DNA of 64,000 bases from Glaucostegus cemiculus (GCA_976551045.1 CDPCPM010000054.1:32178001-32242000), one strand, 5' to 3'; counted from the first letter of the stretch, positions 1 to 13,859 are shown. The notes: generated by a model not told the origin, from the letters alone. A program made the numbers and translations.

Positions 1-867
1 GTTTTGAAATGACTAGTGTGCTTTATTAGGGGTACTCAAGTATGTATACAAAACATACAGAGTTTTGTTCTCAAGTGGCAAAAGACCTTGAAATGAAACT
101 GGACGATTCATTGAAAGTTTATTACCAGTGTTGTGACAATATATTGAAAGCAAAACAGTGCTATGATTTATCAGCAGCACAATCACATTTACAGGAAGCA
201 CCACTATCCTTGCTTTGTTTGAAGTTGTTTGGCAGTTTTTATGTGAAAATATTAGGGTCTTTGAAAAGGCTCAAAGAAAAGCTTACTATATTGATTCATC
301 ACGATGATTTGCAAGGAACTAGGCCTTCTAATCTTACTAATTGTAGATCTTGAGATATTTAGTTGCTTGTATATATAGAATAGAAATGGTTTAAATGGAT
401 AAGCTGTTTAAATAATTACTTCAGGAGTATGAGTTCAAGTTCAGTCAACATGGGATTAAAATTTGGTTTTGCCAAAAAGTCATGATTTCTAACAGGTAGT
501 CTATATACTGGGTAGAGTTGACAACTTCCTGAGAATGGAAAACGACAGAAGAATGTTTATAGAAAGAAGACATGTGATTGAGTCTTCTGGATCACACTTG
601 AATAGGCAATTCTACTCCATTATCTGAAAGCACAATTTCTCCTAAATTGTTTAGTGTTGAGTTTGTTTTTGCCTCCTCCAACTTATTTTTAATGTTAAAA
701 GAATTCATGGCACCGCGTAGAAAGCAAAGCCAGGAATTGTCCTAACCGAGTTCCATTTTAAAGAAAAAAGCTATACATTACAATTCCTGTATGCAAAATG
801 ACTACGTTATTTACTTAGTAACAGTGACTCCATTGCTTGTAGAGTACTTTTTTGAATGTCTAGAAGC

Positions 868-1012
868 ATTATAGAGTCATACTGCCGAGAAACAGGCCCT
901 TCAGCCCACACGTCCGTGCCAACCATCAAGCACCCACCCACACTAATCCCATTTACCAGCACTTAGTCCATAGCCTCCCATTGCCATGGTGATTCAAGTG
1001 CTCCTCCATATG
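868..1012 (-). mobile_element. CR1-type LINE 3' end fragment in a JMY intron
   Basis: TAGAGTCATAC...GAAACAGGCCCTTCAGCCCAC...CCCATTTACCAGCAC is the reverse complement of the CR1 3' tail seen on + at about 15560-15710 and 43925-44100. Family call from recall. Confidence 0.6.
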
Positions 1013-1489
1013 TCAGTACAATTTTCGTTTTGCTGCTCTAACTTTGATTACTCAGATCAAATGGAAAGCATTCATTTATTAAAAAAAGATTTGGATAAAT
1101 GTTAGTTTTATATCTATAATGGAACGACTTGACCAAGAAGTGCAGGTTCTGTACTTAACCAAGCTATATCAAGTGTTTTGAGCTTGTCTTTTTGGCAGTA
1201 AGTTTGAACACTTTGCTGGTCACAAAACCTCAGACAATGCTTCATCCAGCAGAAAGTAGAACATAAAGACTATGAATAAAAGATGCCGTTTATTTAATTG
1301 GCAAGAGGAATCTCTTTGTATCTTTAAGATGTTATGAATAGGCTTGAAACCACGGAGTGAGGTGTTATGGTTTCTCATTAAGTCTACCAAGTAACTGAGA
1401 TATGCTGCTCAGGATGTATGTTTATGATTAACATAGCAAGATATTATGTGAACCATTAGACATTATTACTGACTGTAGTTTTTGGAATC

Positions 1490-1529
1490 TAAAAGATAAA
1501 GTACATATCTTTATGTACTTTATCTTTTA
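1490..1529. repeat. Perfect 18-bp inverted repeat with 4-nt loop
   Basis: TAAAAGATAAAGTACATA (1490-1507), TCTT, TATGTACTTTATCTTTTA (1512-1529); read directly. Confidence 0.9.
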
Positions 1530-1538
1530 TGAAGAAAG

Positions 1539-1558
1539 CCCCCCCCCCCCCCCCCCCC
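1539..1558 (+). repeat. C20 homopolymer
   Basis: Read directly; similar C17 runs at 26479-26495 and 63538-63554. Confidence 0.9.
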
Positions 1559-1954
1559 AAACCACACTCTGTAAAGATGCATCCATTATTGCAGCCCTTT
1601 GAATGTTCTCAATTTCTTAACTTATACAAGATCGGTAGTTCAAAACTATAAAGCTGTTTAAAACAATTGAGTTTGGCATTGCACAAATTTGAAACTAAAC
1701 AGAGTTATCATTTCAATAATGCTTTTTAACTTCTGATATTCATCAGGAATCACAACCAAGTCTTGCCTAGACTGTAGATAAAAGTAAAACTTGAATTCAC
1801 CATCATAAAGCCATGTTTATTCTAAATAAATGTAGGAATGAAAATTTCTTGTAAAAAAAAATTAAGAATTTTTTGTTGAGTTTAGATTGAACCAGCTAGG
1901 TTGACCTATACCACAGAAATATCATTCATCTCTATTCACTCATCTTTCTTTCAG

Positions 1955-2495
1955 AGATATTCTGGGCAAGTTGTACTTAAATCCACAAGACTGCGTTTCA
2001 CAAACATCAGAAAGAAAGATACTGGTTCAGTGGCTTGTGCTAGCAAAGACCAAACACTTTCTCTTCCAGGAACCTTAGAAGTACAAGAAACAACTGAGGA
2101 AACCTCATTTACAAAGAAGGGAACAAAATCCACTGGAGCAGCAGAATTGAGAAACATAGCAAAAGAACAGGAATGTGCTTCTTTGCAGACAGAAGAGGAT
2201 TCGTTGCAACCTGTTTCAATTTCAAGCTCGTGTAGCGAACAGTTAAGTAGCATTGATGTTATACCTCCACCACCTCCACCACCTCTGCCACCACCTCCAC
2301 TACCAATGCCAGTTTGTGAGGAATCACCTGATGCTCAGCATCAAGTGGAGAAATCTGCTCAGCCAGGTGACTGCAAAGAAATATCACAGTCTGTTAGTTC
2401 ACCTACACCTCAGTTATTTGACAGCAAGCAGCTGCTAAATGCCAGAAAAAAATTAAAGAAAACTGCATCAAGCGATGAAATGAAAAAACAAAGAG
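1955..2495 (+). CDS. JMY: JMY penultimate coding exon: polyproline tract and first WH2 motif
   Basis: Pyrimidine tract and ttcag acceptor ending 1954; reads RYSGQVVLKSTRLR...PPPPPPPLPPPPLP...LFDSKQLLNARKKLKKT, matching mammalian JMY (RYPGQVILKSTRLR; LFDSSQLVSARKKLRKT); AG|gtaaat donor at 2496, phase 1. Confidence 0.93.
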
Positions 2496-3319
2496 GTAAA
2501 TAATTTTTTATGCTTTAAGATTTTGAAGACCTGCTTTTGTTTCTGCTTTTGAACTGTTCTTGGATTGCTTCTAGAATGAGCAATTGCTTCCTCACATTAT
2601 TGTGTAATACTTGATTTGATGCAGTTCATGTGTTAGTTGCTCAGGTGTGCATTGAAAAATACCTGTTACTGGGACCATACCACTTGATTGAGTTGGGTCA
2701 AGGAGTTTATTAGGTGCTTGAAATGAGATGCATGTTGATCAAGACAAAGCTTGAAAGGGTAAAAGGTTGCTAAAGGCATTCTTTTCAATGAGATGGCAAA
2801 GGCTTTAGAGCTGTCCATTTGGGAACATTTTTGGCAGGACTGGATGAAACAATGTCCAGACTTCTAGGTGCTTCCCTAGGTCGATCTGCAGCTTTTGAGC
2901 ACAAGTGACCCCTGTATCATCTGCATGTCAAGACACACTTGTTAGAAAAAAAAATGTATATTTATCTAATTATTTACACACAGATTCTGTAAAAGTGAAT
3001 TTTATTCTCAAATTTTTCAGTAGTATTTAGTAAATTCTGTAAGGATGAATTTCCATGACCTGGACAGTTGTAACACAGAGTTCCCCTCTATCACCAACCC
3101 TTGGTGAGCAAAGTACATATTTGATTACTTTGTATCAGTTGTGCCACAACAAGAATTGTATCTTTTTAAACAAAGCAATTTATGGCACAGGAGGGGTCCA
3201 TTTCACCTATTGTGTCTATTATTATTTAAAACTCAATGCTAGGCTGTATGTTAAAAGATATTTGCATAACTTTAAGGCCATTCTGTGTTGCTGTACTGAT
3301 TTACTTTCCCTTGTTGCAG

Positions 3320-3630
3320 TGAGTTCACCGATGGATGAAGTTTTAGCTTCACTGAAGCGGGGTAGCTTCCATTTGCGAAAAGTTGACCTACGTTCTTTGC
3401 CTCCGTTTCCAGATGAAGATGACAGCAATAATATACTTGCACAAATTAGGAAAGGAGTGAAGTTAAAGAAGGTTCAGACAGAGGCCCTGAGAGAGGCCTC
3501 CATAGATTTGCATGATGCTGATCCTCTAACACGCAGCATCCATGAAGCTTTGAGGAGAATTAAAGAGGCATCCCCTGAATCAGAGGATGATGAGGATGAA
3601 GGCCTACCATACGCTGAATGGGACAACTAA
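3320..3630 (+). CDS. JMY: JMY last coding exon: WH2-b, WH2-c, central and acidic Arp2/3-binding segments
   Basis: ttgttgcag acceptor ending 3319; G+TG restores Val in VSSPMDEVLASLKRGSFHLRKV...PPFPDEDDSNNILAQIRKGVKLKKV...DPLTRSIHEALRRIKEASPESEDDEDEGLPYAEWDN*, near-identical to the JMY C-terminus with its terminal Trp. Confidence 0.96.
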
Positions 3631-6600
3631 CTCATTGGCTGAGGCTATACAGCATTTTTAAACATAGCCTTCTGGTTCCTCCAATGACCTGTTCATTTCT
3701 GGTGGTCTTGTAGAGGAGTGGGTGGTCCCTGATTGATATAGAGATGTTCCCCTTGAACCCATGCCTAATATGAAGTCACCTAATGTCTAAACTAATGGGC
3801 AGTATATTACATAATATTTAAAGTTTCCACAAACTGATGGGAAAGTTTTATGGCATTGGTCTGGTCAAAAGTTGCTTTTTTAGTGATTATGATTAAGTTG
3901 TTCTCATATCCCATATGATTAAAATGGACTTTCTCCCCCATTGCTAACTGAAGAGGATAAAGAAAATACCATTGTTTTTTCAAAATAAAAGCTCCAGATT
4001 TCTGACTGTGTATTAGTGGAAAGTATAGTTTGACCTGTTTCAATACTCAAGTTACCAAAGTGTTTTAAATTAGAATCCAAAAGGATATTTCTGTACATCC
4101 AGTAAAAGAGGAAGAACAACAGCGTTCAAAAGCATTAATAAATCACACAAAATATCAATTCTCGTTAGCTACAGCTATTCTACAAATTATCTAATGTATA
4201 GTGGAAAGTAGATTTTAATGCATTAATGCAGTGCTTTGGACCCTGAGTCAACCTTCACAAAAATATATTTGTATGAGTTGCCAACTGTTTGATCTAGATA
4301 ATTGCAATAATCGGCATTGTAAAATTTTAATAATAAAATGGGCCAACAGGGTTAGGAGGTAATATAACTAACTACAAAATAATAGTTTTACAATATTTAA
4401 TAGTTATGTAGTACAGTGATTTTAAAGACCTATTTTTGAACAATCAATTAATTTGATTAATTAAGTTGTAGGTTGACTGACTTCTGTTCAAATTATCTAT
4501 ATGTGCAAAAAGTGATTGCCTTATGCATGTCTGAAAGATTTCATTAAGAACTTTCAGGATAAGGTTTATCATTGTATCACACATTTTGACTGACAAAAAT
4601 TGGATACCCCCTTAGTATTTTAAAATTTAAGCTTTATGTCATTTAGTCTGTACAGCTTGATTTATTGTATCTTCTCTCAACATTTTCACATTTGGCTGTA
4701 ATTGTATTGGTTTTGGCCACTTACCTAGTTGTATATGGAAAAATGCATGGTTCTAAAACCATCAGTGACATGACTGGAGACAAAAGGTGCTGTCTGCAGG
4801 AATATTTTGAATAGCATCTTGTGTACCACCAGATTTGTGTATGATGTAAGCTAAAATATCCATTTTCTTGGTATATATATATAATTATTTCAGATATCTA
4901 TTCAGGGGATATTTTCTTATTTGGGGGCTGAACTCACAAATTAGTGATTTGCTTTTCGGTTTGGAAGTGTTGGGGAAGGAACAAGAATGTGACATGACCA
5001 GAGAGATGAGTATACTTAAATAGTTATGGCATAAAGCTTTCAATTTGATCTATGAATTTCATTCAGAATGATGTTAATACGAAATGAAAACAATGGAGTA
5101 GCAAAACTTTGTCACAACCCTAATTCAAATAGCACAGAATTAAATAGTTTTAGAAAATTTCTTTATGTAAGGAAAGGGTTCCATTTAAATCTAGAATTTA
5201 TCTAATATTGAACTGATAGGTTTGTATTTATTTTATTTATTACATGTATATTGTAGACTTCGAGGAAGGAAAATTGGGGTCAGTGTTGGATAGATGTATT
5301 CCCCCTGCCCCACCCCATCCCCATAAGATTTAGTTGCCTTTTTCCTTGGACCAAGGTTATTTAAGTGTTTGGGAGACTCACATACCTAGACTGTACCTTG
5401 ATGTAACCAGTGTTGAATAACAAGGATTTTTGACCATCTGACAAATTTACTGCTTCATGGGTGATGTAGTATATATAAACTATATAGATAACAAAGAGCA
5501 TAATTCCAGGAAGATCGATTGGTTGTACCAGTAGAAATGTGGTTTAGAAAATAATGTATTTATAAATAAATACTATTCATTAGATCAATGACTCAAAAGG
5601 AAGGAAGTTGTCAAGTAAAACCTTGCCTGAGTGTTGCTTAGTTGCTATGAATTCTAATCTGAGTATCAGAACTGTTTTGCCACATTGTACCTTTTAAAGC
5701 ACTGGTCAAATATACCCTAAACCGAAAATGAAGAAAATTTAACAGCTTCTGAAACAATATGCAGATATGGATGTATCAGTTTGTGTGGCTATTGAGTTTA
5801 ATCTTTTGTAGCTTTACACATGCTTATGATTTATATTTTTTTTGAACCAGGCAATACCATGGAGAGTGCATTTTGGATTGTTTTGTATTTTTGATCAACA
5901 TGTGCATTTTTGAACCATTTGATTATTTAGCTGCATAAAACTGTCTTATAAAAGAACAATTATTTATTTTCATAAGCATTCTGTATGTATCAGAAAAAGA
6001 AATTGCTCGTTAATCAGGTTTTATTTTCTTATTCATAATGAAGCCAGATGAAACTTTGTTTTTATTGTATTTTTAAATATAAGATGCTTTTAAACCATCC
6101 CTGGCACTGCGGCAAGAATCCAACCTTCTAGAGGACTTGCTGGGTTTTATTTAAACCTCTGTTGTTTACATAATTCGAGGGCAATCCTCTTTAAGAAGGA
6201 AAAAAAAAGTAAATTTACTCATTTCTGAGATTGTTGATGAGTATCTTGAATGGGATTATTTCCCAAAGGATGAGTTTATTTTATTTCAGTCAATAAAATT
6301 TAGTTTGAAAATGCCCAAATGACCACAAGTTGACAGATAAAGCACAATTATTACAATATTGTATTAAAAAGCCACAAGTTATTTTACTCGTTGACAAATT
6401 GAGGCATTGTACAATACTTTTGCATGTTTTTTTAATACTGTACTCAATTCAATAAGAGTTTGTGCTATTATCTAAGGTTAAGAGAAACAAAAGCCCTTCA
6501 ATGAATGAAGTGGGATTCAGAATATAACATTGGCATACAATGTGCATGTGTTGCCTTTTGACAGGCTAGGTAGGGAAAGGGGAAGAAAATTAGCCAGTTC

Positions 6601-7689
6601 CACGATTACATCTTGATTATTCTTGAAATAATTTGGAATGATATATCTAACTTCTAAAATTCAGACTTAATTGTAATAACTGCATAATGTGACTGCAGGC
6701 AGCACATAATGCTGAATTTACAATTGCTAGGCTGCTGTTACAGATGCTTAAGAAATATTTATAAACATTTTGAAGTTGTGCAGTGATATGGTTTATTTGC
6801 ATGTTATTTTCTGGTAGAGTGTTCATTGATTGCTTTAACTTAAATTCGAACCAAATTTAACAGCTTTTTGCCTGTGCCTGTCATCTCAGCTAACTTTTGT
6901 AACATTGGCATTTTTAGTAACAATCATTTCTTCAGCTCTTAGTAATACCTTGCCCTCGTGATTGCTGATATAAAATTTGAGTTTGGTCCTGATAATCCAA
7001 AATAGTACTTGTTAACAAATACAAAAAAAAATAAACTGGCACATGTAAAAGAGCAGCAACTTGCAAAGGGGGAAACTGCTTAAATAAATGATAAATCTGT
7101 GCAATTATTATTTTCATGCAAGTGCCCATCTTGTAATAGTGATTTCAAATACCATTTCCTATAAGTATTTCAATTAGGTTAAATCTGTGTCTGTTTCACA
7201 TCAGTTCTCTACTTTGAAACGTGATAAATCTCATTCAGTTAGTCTTTAAGGGACTCCGACATGATCCAAGGAAAATTCTGGGAATGGATTTTCATCACTC
7301 CTAGTCTAAAATTACCTGTTGCTCACAAGTATGCTGCACTAATAAGTGTTATCTCCTTTCTAAATAAAAGTCAGTTACATACACTGCACATTGCTATTTT
7401 ATATGCTATTTTCACAGATGTTTTTAAATTTATAGCCTTTAAGTGCAAGTTATCTTCTAGATAAAATTGAATGGATATAAACCTTATCAGCATTTTGGCT
7501 CTCTATCTTCACGGTCTTTTCTGAAACCATATTTCTTCATTAATAGACCAGAATTACTAAACCTACCATTTATTCTGTTAATTGTATGTAGTGTTACAGG
7601 TGGAAACCTGTTGCTTCAGTTATAATGGCCTTAATTTTGTCAGTTTTTTTAAAAAATAAAGGTTGTGCCACATCTGAAAATATAATCAG

Positions 7690-7750
7690 TACAGGTCCTC
7701 CCAGGTTGCAAACACCTGACTTTGGACACACCTTGCATATGAATGAGTAT
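7690..7750. mobile_element. Possible Tc1/mariner-Tigger-like terminal repeat relic
   Basis: TACAGGTCCTCCCAGGTTGCAAACACCTGACTTTGGACAC resembles Tigger-type ends (TA-CAGGT...); GC-richer sequence follows; no clear partner end. Confidence 0.3.
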
Positions 7751-8699
7751 TTGGGAGAGTGGTGGGATGGATGGGTTTGGATTTGTCGGCTGCTGTGGGA
7801 TTGCAGGCATCTTCTGGTATGTGGGAACGGGTCATTTCAGCATTCTCTTCCACACGCCCCTCCCCCCCGAGCTGCAACATTTGGGAGCTGGGCTGAGCTA
7901 AGCAGATCTGGGAGTGCTGAGAAGACTTGCTCACTGAATCGGAGGGGCTAGCTGGCAGCCACTTTTCCCACTGCTGTTTCTGTGATCCTCTCCCACACAA
8001 GGGGTTGATTGGACTCCTGCTTCTATTTCTTTTGGAATTAATGATAAGAATTGATTATAATTCAATGTTTACCAAGTTTGAATAATTCAACAACTATTTA
8101 TGATGGCAGTAATACAGTAATCTTGTGGGAACTAGTATGAATAAAATAAGTTGACTGAATCCAGGTTGTAAAGGTGCCCCACCTCCTCCAATCTCTTAGT
8201 GTTGAACTAGATCGGAATTCAATATTTTTTTGAGGTATAATATTTTCAAAGAGGGCAGGACACAGGTAACGATTGTACAACTTCATTTTTATATTCTCAT
8301 GAAGGTACTTGCCAGATTTCCCCTTTTAAACAAAGAATTGTGAACGCCTAATAAATGCAAGTTTAATGTTTGTCATGATGTTTACAAAGGATTTATAAAG
8401 AGTACCCTTGAGTTAACCCATAAGTAACTGACCTGGTACCTCTGAGTGACAGAGTCCCAACTACATCATAGATTGTGTCATAAATAGGATGTATTTATTG
8501 TATCCTATAATTTATATCACATTTGAGAGTATATTCTAGAACAGTTTGGTTGAAGAGCACTGCTGGAGGAGTGTGCTGGTAAATGAGGTTTGTTTAGTGT
8601 GTTCTGGGCTTTTTGCTTTAAAATGAATTTTGAATGAGTAATGCTTCCTGTATGCATTTTCTAATGGCAGAGCAAATGAGACTTATGTTTCTCCATTGC

Positions 8700-8980
8700 A
8701 ATGAAGGTCTGAGTTATGAAAATCTGGGCATTGTGGCTTTGAAAAAGTAGTTAAGAGGTGGTCTCAAAGTGTTGTATATTTTTGACTTGCTAGAAAAAGT
8801 GGCAAAAGACAAATTTAGGATTGGCATCAGGAAATTGTTTGAACAAAGTTTGATAAACGTGCAATGAGCTTTAGGATAGTTCAATGAATTCAGAAATTAT
8901 GCACCCATTTATGGAAATGTTGGATGTGATGGTGAAAGCTGTGTTCTTTATGAATTAATGAAATTGGATGAAGAAGATGC
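8700..8980 (+). mobile_element. Very old CR1 LINE 3' coding relic
   Basis: ATGAAGGTCTGAGTTATGAA...TTAAGAGGTGGTCTC...AAATTTAGGATTGGCATCAGGAAA resembles the CR1 ORF2 C-terminus; heavily degraded. Confidence 0.4.
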
Positions 8981-11900
8981 TTTATAATTGTCTAAAATAA
9001 TGAAGTATCACATTAGTATGGAGTACTAATGAACCTTAAATAGTACTAAGATAATAGAAAAAAAAATCCTCGAGTCACGATGCATTTAAATGTTCAGCAT
9101 AAAAATCTGTACGTAGGTCTCTCTCAAAAAGGTGAATGAGTTATTGAAGTTCCACCTGCATAGGTATTATTTGCATCCTGAAACATTCATCTTGTAAACG
9201 TGGTTGATTTTAATCTAATCATTTGCTTACCTGGTGATCATCAGTATTCTGACACAACAATATTTCTGTAAGCAGGACACTGCCTTACTCAACAGGTACT
9301 ATGAATTATTAACTGTTGTGCTATTTAGAATCTTGTAATACTGAGATAACGTGATCTGACTTGAATTATCAAATTCACACCTGCATTTTTTTGTGGATTA
9401 CATATGAGGAGCACAGGCCAGATCAGTTCTCCAAGAACAGGTTGTCATATTGTCTCTAAGGCAGCAGATTAGACAAAAGTTTAGGAAATTTTCCACTTTG
9501 ATAATACTTAGTATTTATGAGAACAAATAACCTAGATGAATTGCTCTTATTTTAGTGTTTATCTATTTGGACTTTTATTTGTACATCTATAAGATATGTT
9601 GCTTAACTTCAAAAGTACTAAGTCCACAGACTATTTCATTGGGGGCAGAGGGAAAGGAAATGTAAACTCAGTTACATGTTTGAAATCACACTAAACATGG
9701 CATTAAATTTGACACTGGTTTTGATTTTGTTCTGACATTTGGCATTTATATTTATTATCACTTTCACCAGAGAGCAAACAGAAGAATTTAAGAACTGTTT
9801 GTGGTATTTAAGCTTGTGGCAGAAACTACTTATCTAATAATTCAAGCTTACAGACATTGATTAGAATTACAGCTATCTAATCAGTGTCCTGATATAGTGA
9901 AAATATCATTAGAAAATGATAAAGTCGTGGAGTACATTAATGGAGTTTTGGACAAGACTGTGTGGATGCAACCAGTGAATTAATGCACTACATTACATTC
10001 AGTTGTAGAACTAAATCACTGGAAAAATGTTATTTGATCATGAGTTTTCTTTTCCTCCTGGAAGTCAGTGTAATTTATTTCTGCTGTACAAACTGACATT
10101 TATTTAAGTAATTTAAGCAAAACAGTCTTGTAATGTGGAAAGTTGAGACCAGAGTGAGAGGTGATTGTAGTTGGCAATTAAATGAATTCATTCAAAACAG
10201 GCTCATACAGAGATCTTGAGCTTTCTACAGTCAAAATGTTTCCTCTAGACACTAATAATTTAGTCTTGGAAATGTTTTGGTGATTTATTTTTTTAAAAAA
10301 ATTAATTGTTCTAGAAGCAAAATAGTGAACAGATTTATATCAATGTGAGTTTAACAGAAATATTTTGCACCAAGAGTTATTTTTGCAGCATTGAGGCTAA
10401 TTTTGCATTTGCCTGAAATTGATCTTGAGAGAGAACTGTAGTTTGAGCTGATATGCTTCATAATTTAAACTCTATACAGAGTCTACAACATTTAAGTTTG
10501 GAAGAAAGACTGATACCCATTTTTTGTTATAATGGATTAATATGTATTATACTAAGAAAACTGCAGTAGATGTGTATAAGATAGGTTGGTGAGTTGTCTG
10601 TTTTAATCTTCTCATTCTCCCAGGCAGATGGTTTAGTGTTCAAAATGAAGAACTAGTTGTTTTGCTAAAATAAAATGCAACTAGAAATTTTGATTTTTCT
10701 GTTTCACATAATCATAGTATTTTAAGTCTCTATTCCAAAAGCAACATCTATGTAAATATAATTTTGTTTCTTTTAAATTGCATGCTTAATGTTACTGAAT
10801 AGTTTGGTATTCTCCATAATTTAGACCAATTTTAGGAGCAGATGAGACTTTTAACAGCTGTATAGTTATTGCTTAAATCTTCAGTTAAGATTAGCAGTTA
10901 TGAGGAGGCCCCTGTATTGAGCTAGCATGGAAGGGATAATTCACTGACCATGTCCTATCCTGCCACAAGGGAAGTAAGCTGGGAGTGCAAGTCGTAAATT
11001 CTGAGCATAATTTTGGAGCTCTTTCTCCAATCTTTGTTTCAAGTGAGAAATCAGTTTACTGCGATTGCATGATCATAGCATTACCTCTAAAGAAAAATTA
11101 TTCTTTTGGCATTTTCTGCCGTCATCACTGGCTTAAACCAGTCAAGAGCTTTCTAGTCCATATCATGCTCTGTAGATTTTGTCAAGTCACAAAGTATCTT
11201 CCCATGACTGGCAGTTAAAATAATTTTTAAATAAATGACCTAAACTTGTATATCCAAATCACAGTAATGCAATAATTCTACTCAAATTGTGGCATTTGTT
11301 TATTTTAGAACACTAATTTAGACATTTTGTGTTTGCTTTTAAAGGTAGATTGAGTAGAAAACATAGTGTGCTTCCTTTTTCCCCATTCGTGTGCTGTTTT
11401 GTTTGGTGTATTCACAGCATATACTGTGTTTATGTTGTCTCATCCCAAAATTAAGCTGCAAATCAGCTCCATGGTTTAACATAGTTTTATGTTGCACTTA
11501 CTATATATAATCTATGGCCAAGAAAAGTCCTACTGCATGGTGTGGTTCTACACCAGGCTTGTAATACCTAGGTTATGGCATTTACAGATCCAGCCACTCA
11601 GAAGCTGCAGTGCTGCAGTTTTCTGAAGGAAATGGGTGAAGGAAGAGACTGACCTTGTGCAATATTTGAATTCACTCGAAGAAACACACTAGCACAATGT
11701 TTTCTTTATGGCATTTAACATTTTAAAAAAGCAAATTGTATTCTAAACTGTTATAATTAAACCCATAGTGCATAAAGGTTTTTAATAGTCAAATAATATT
11801 TATTGAGCAACAAATAAAACCTTGAAACTTAAGGAATCACACAGCAATATTATGAAATGTAAAATACCTGCTCTGGTTGTTTTCATTTACTTTTATCTAT

Positions 11901-12669
11901 TCTATAAGACCTTGACTTCTGTATTTTAATCTTGGTATGTTCTGTTTTATTACTTTTACTGATATGTTTAAGGCTAAAGTCCTCACATACTGTATTCACC
12001 CTTTTAACATTGCATTCACTGTTTTGGTGCTGAAATCTTATTTCATTCAATAAAGTATGATATTTAATTTATTTTCTGCTTTCTGGAGTATATCTGTACA
12101 TTTCTTTCCCCACAATGGACATGACTTGTGCTTGCTGATTTGAAGATGTTGATAAGGCCCCTGCCAGAATTTGACGGTCATGAGTGGAGTTCTCGGCATA
12201 TGAATCATTGAAATTCTCTTAATGAGATTAATTAGAAATGGACTAAAAAGACTTGCCATCATGGTGGCATTGTCTCCCTAGGGTCACTTTATTGCCTAGG
12301 AGACAATTTTTGTCCTTGTTTTCAAAGAAAAAGCCCTAGGCCAATTATGTCCAACCCCCAAAGACAATCAAAGGCCAATTCCAAAAGATAAATGATATTA
12401 CAATAGATTGCTCAACAGCTCCCTTAATGACCCTCCAGATTGTGGCCAATCCCTTCTTGAGCATTGAAATCAACTCCACTGTAAAAACTGGCAAATCGTT
12501 GATCATAACTGACCTACTTTAATTCATATGCAGGACTCCCAAATTCTAATGTAACAAATTCAAACAATTTATCCAGATGGCCACAATCATTGAAATCTCC
12601 CTAAAGTCTTGGCTTTTCAAGAATTGCGGTCTTTGGAGTTAATGTAGTTAAGAATTTCAAAATAAAACA

Positions 12670-12915
12670 GGAATGAAATAGAACATTTGGCCCTTTGATC
12701 TTGTTCTGCTATTCAGGAGAAATCTTCAATCTCATTTCTGCATTATTCACAATGTTTTTATTCATTTAATATGCAGATCGCCCTCAATCAGTTTTGTATG
12801 AACCTAATGACTTGGCATCCATTGCACCCCAGGATAGAATTCCAACGAGTCACCATTTTCTGTAGAAAGAAATTTATCCTTTATTCTACCCAAGCCCTGT
12901 CCTTCATTCTGAGAT
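12670..12915 (-). mobile_element. CR1 LINE 3' end relic
   Basis: CATTTGGCCCTTTGATCTTGTTCTGCTATTC...AGAATTCCAACGAGTCACCATTTTCTGTAGAAAGAAATTTATCCT is an antisense CR1 3' signature. Confidence 0.45.
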
Positions 12916-12934
12916 TGGCACTGTCTCTTCCTCT

Positions 12935-13430
12935 TGCAGTGAGGGTAAGAGGGAGGTGGCAGAAGAGAGCACACACATGCCAGAGCAAAAGTGAAAGAGC
13001 AGGAAAAATGGTGGAAGTGAGAGGAAGCAAGAAAATGGCAAGATAGGGGGTGAGAGATTGGTGTAAATGAGCAGGAAAAACAGCTCAGTATTGGAGAGAG
13101 GAGAAACTTGTGTGACAGGATTGATGCTGTGAGACAAAACGGGACAAGCAAGATGGATGGCATGTTTGAGAGCAAAAACATGGCACAAGACATCAAGCAA
13201 GAGGAGCAATAATGCAAGAGCCTTGACAATGAGTGAGCACGGTGAAGAAATGGCAAGAGTGTGGTTGTGAAAGATAAAGAAAGTAAGAAATAGTGAAAGC
13301 AAGGCAGGGTGTGAGAGCACCTACATCAGAAGCAGTGGGGGAGGAGGTGAGAGGAAAAGAGATGGTACAAGTGAGAACAACCAATGGAGATAGCATGAGG
13401 GAGAGAGAAGTGGAGCAAACTGTGGAGTCC
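12935..13430. repeat. Degenerate purine-rich minisatellite-like tract
   Basis: Recurrent GAGAGCA, GCAAGA, ATGG and GTGAGA units with strong A/G bias; explains the overlapping stop-poor ORFs on the - strand. Confidence 0.6.
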
Positions 13431-13859
13431 ACTTTGTCATTAACCTGTACTGGAAAGCAGGTATATCTGTGGGTGGCCACATAGTGCCCTTGGTGTGGCA
13501 GATACTTCGGAACGAAGCAATAGAGTTCTTTGGTAATTGTGTCGTATGGGTTCCACATGGAACTTGTGGAGTTCATAAACTGCTTTCTATATCCCCTCTA
13601 CATTCTACTCTGGTTTTCAAAAGCCTTTGCTCCTCATTCTGCTCCATGACTTGCTGAACTGAACTTTGAGAACTGTTCCTAGACTTGGGGATTTGGGAAC
13701 CTGCCACACACACATTTCAGGTTTGTTTTGGGGTCAATGTTTAATATCTAACATTTCTAAATCTCTTATTACAAGCAGTTATTAACAAATAGATTCTAAC
13801 ATTTAAACATGGCTTGTGTTTCTGTTGTTGCTGGTATGCAACATTAGTAATAACTGTTA

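Larger units (their letters stand above)
3631..12075 (+). other. JMY: Candidate long JMY 3'UTR with several possible poly(A) sites
   Basis: Repeat-poor and T-rich on +; AATAAA at 7655-7660, 11813-11818 and 12049-12054, the last followed by a U-rich tract; TGTAAATA Pumilio element at 10751-10758. The true end cannot be fixed from sequence. Confidence 0.4.

Noticed and set aside
42-353. 103-aa ORF as an upstream JMY exon or separate gene
   Set aside because: No resemblance to JMY or any family I recognise, and no convincing splice sites; it lies in the intron before the exon at 1955.
3055-3319. N-terminal part of ORF 3055-3630
   Set aside because: Intronic read-through; JMY similarity begins at the acceptor at 3319/3320. 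The same applies to the leading residues of ORFs 1901, 23931, 55956 and 59631.
1955-3630. Assignment as WHAMM (with HOMER2)
   Set aside because: Three WH2 motifs and the SSPMDEVLASLKRGSFHL and PLTRSIHEALRRIKEASPESE segments match JMY, and the neighbour has the Homer1 SPLTP motif.
12771-13657. Six overlapping ORFs on both strands
   Set aside because: Produced by a purine-rich low-complexity tract with few stops; the translations are compositionally biased.
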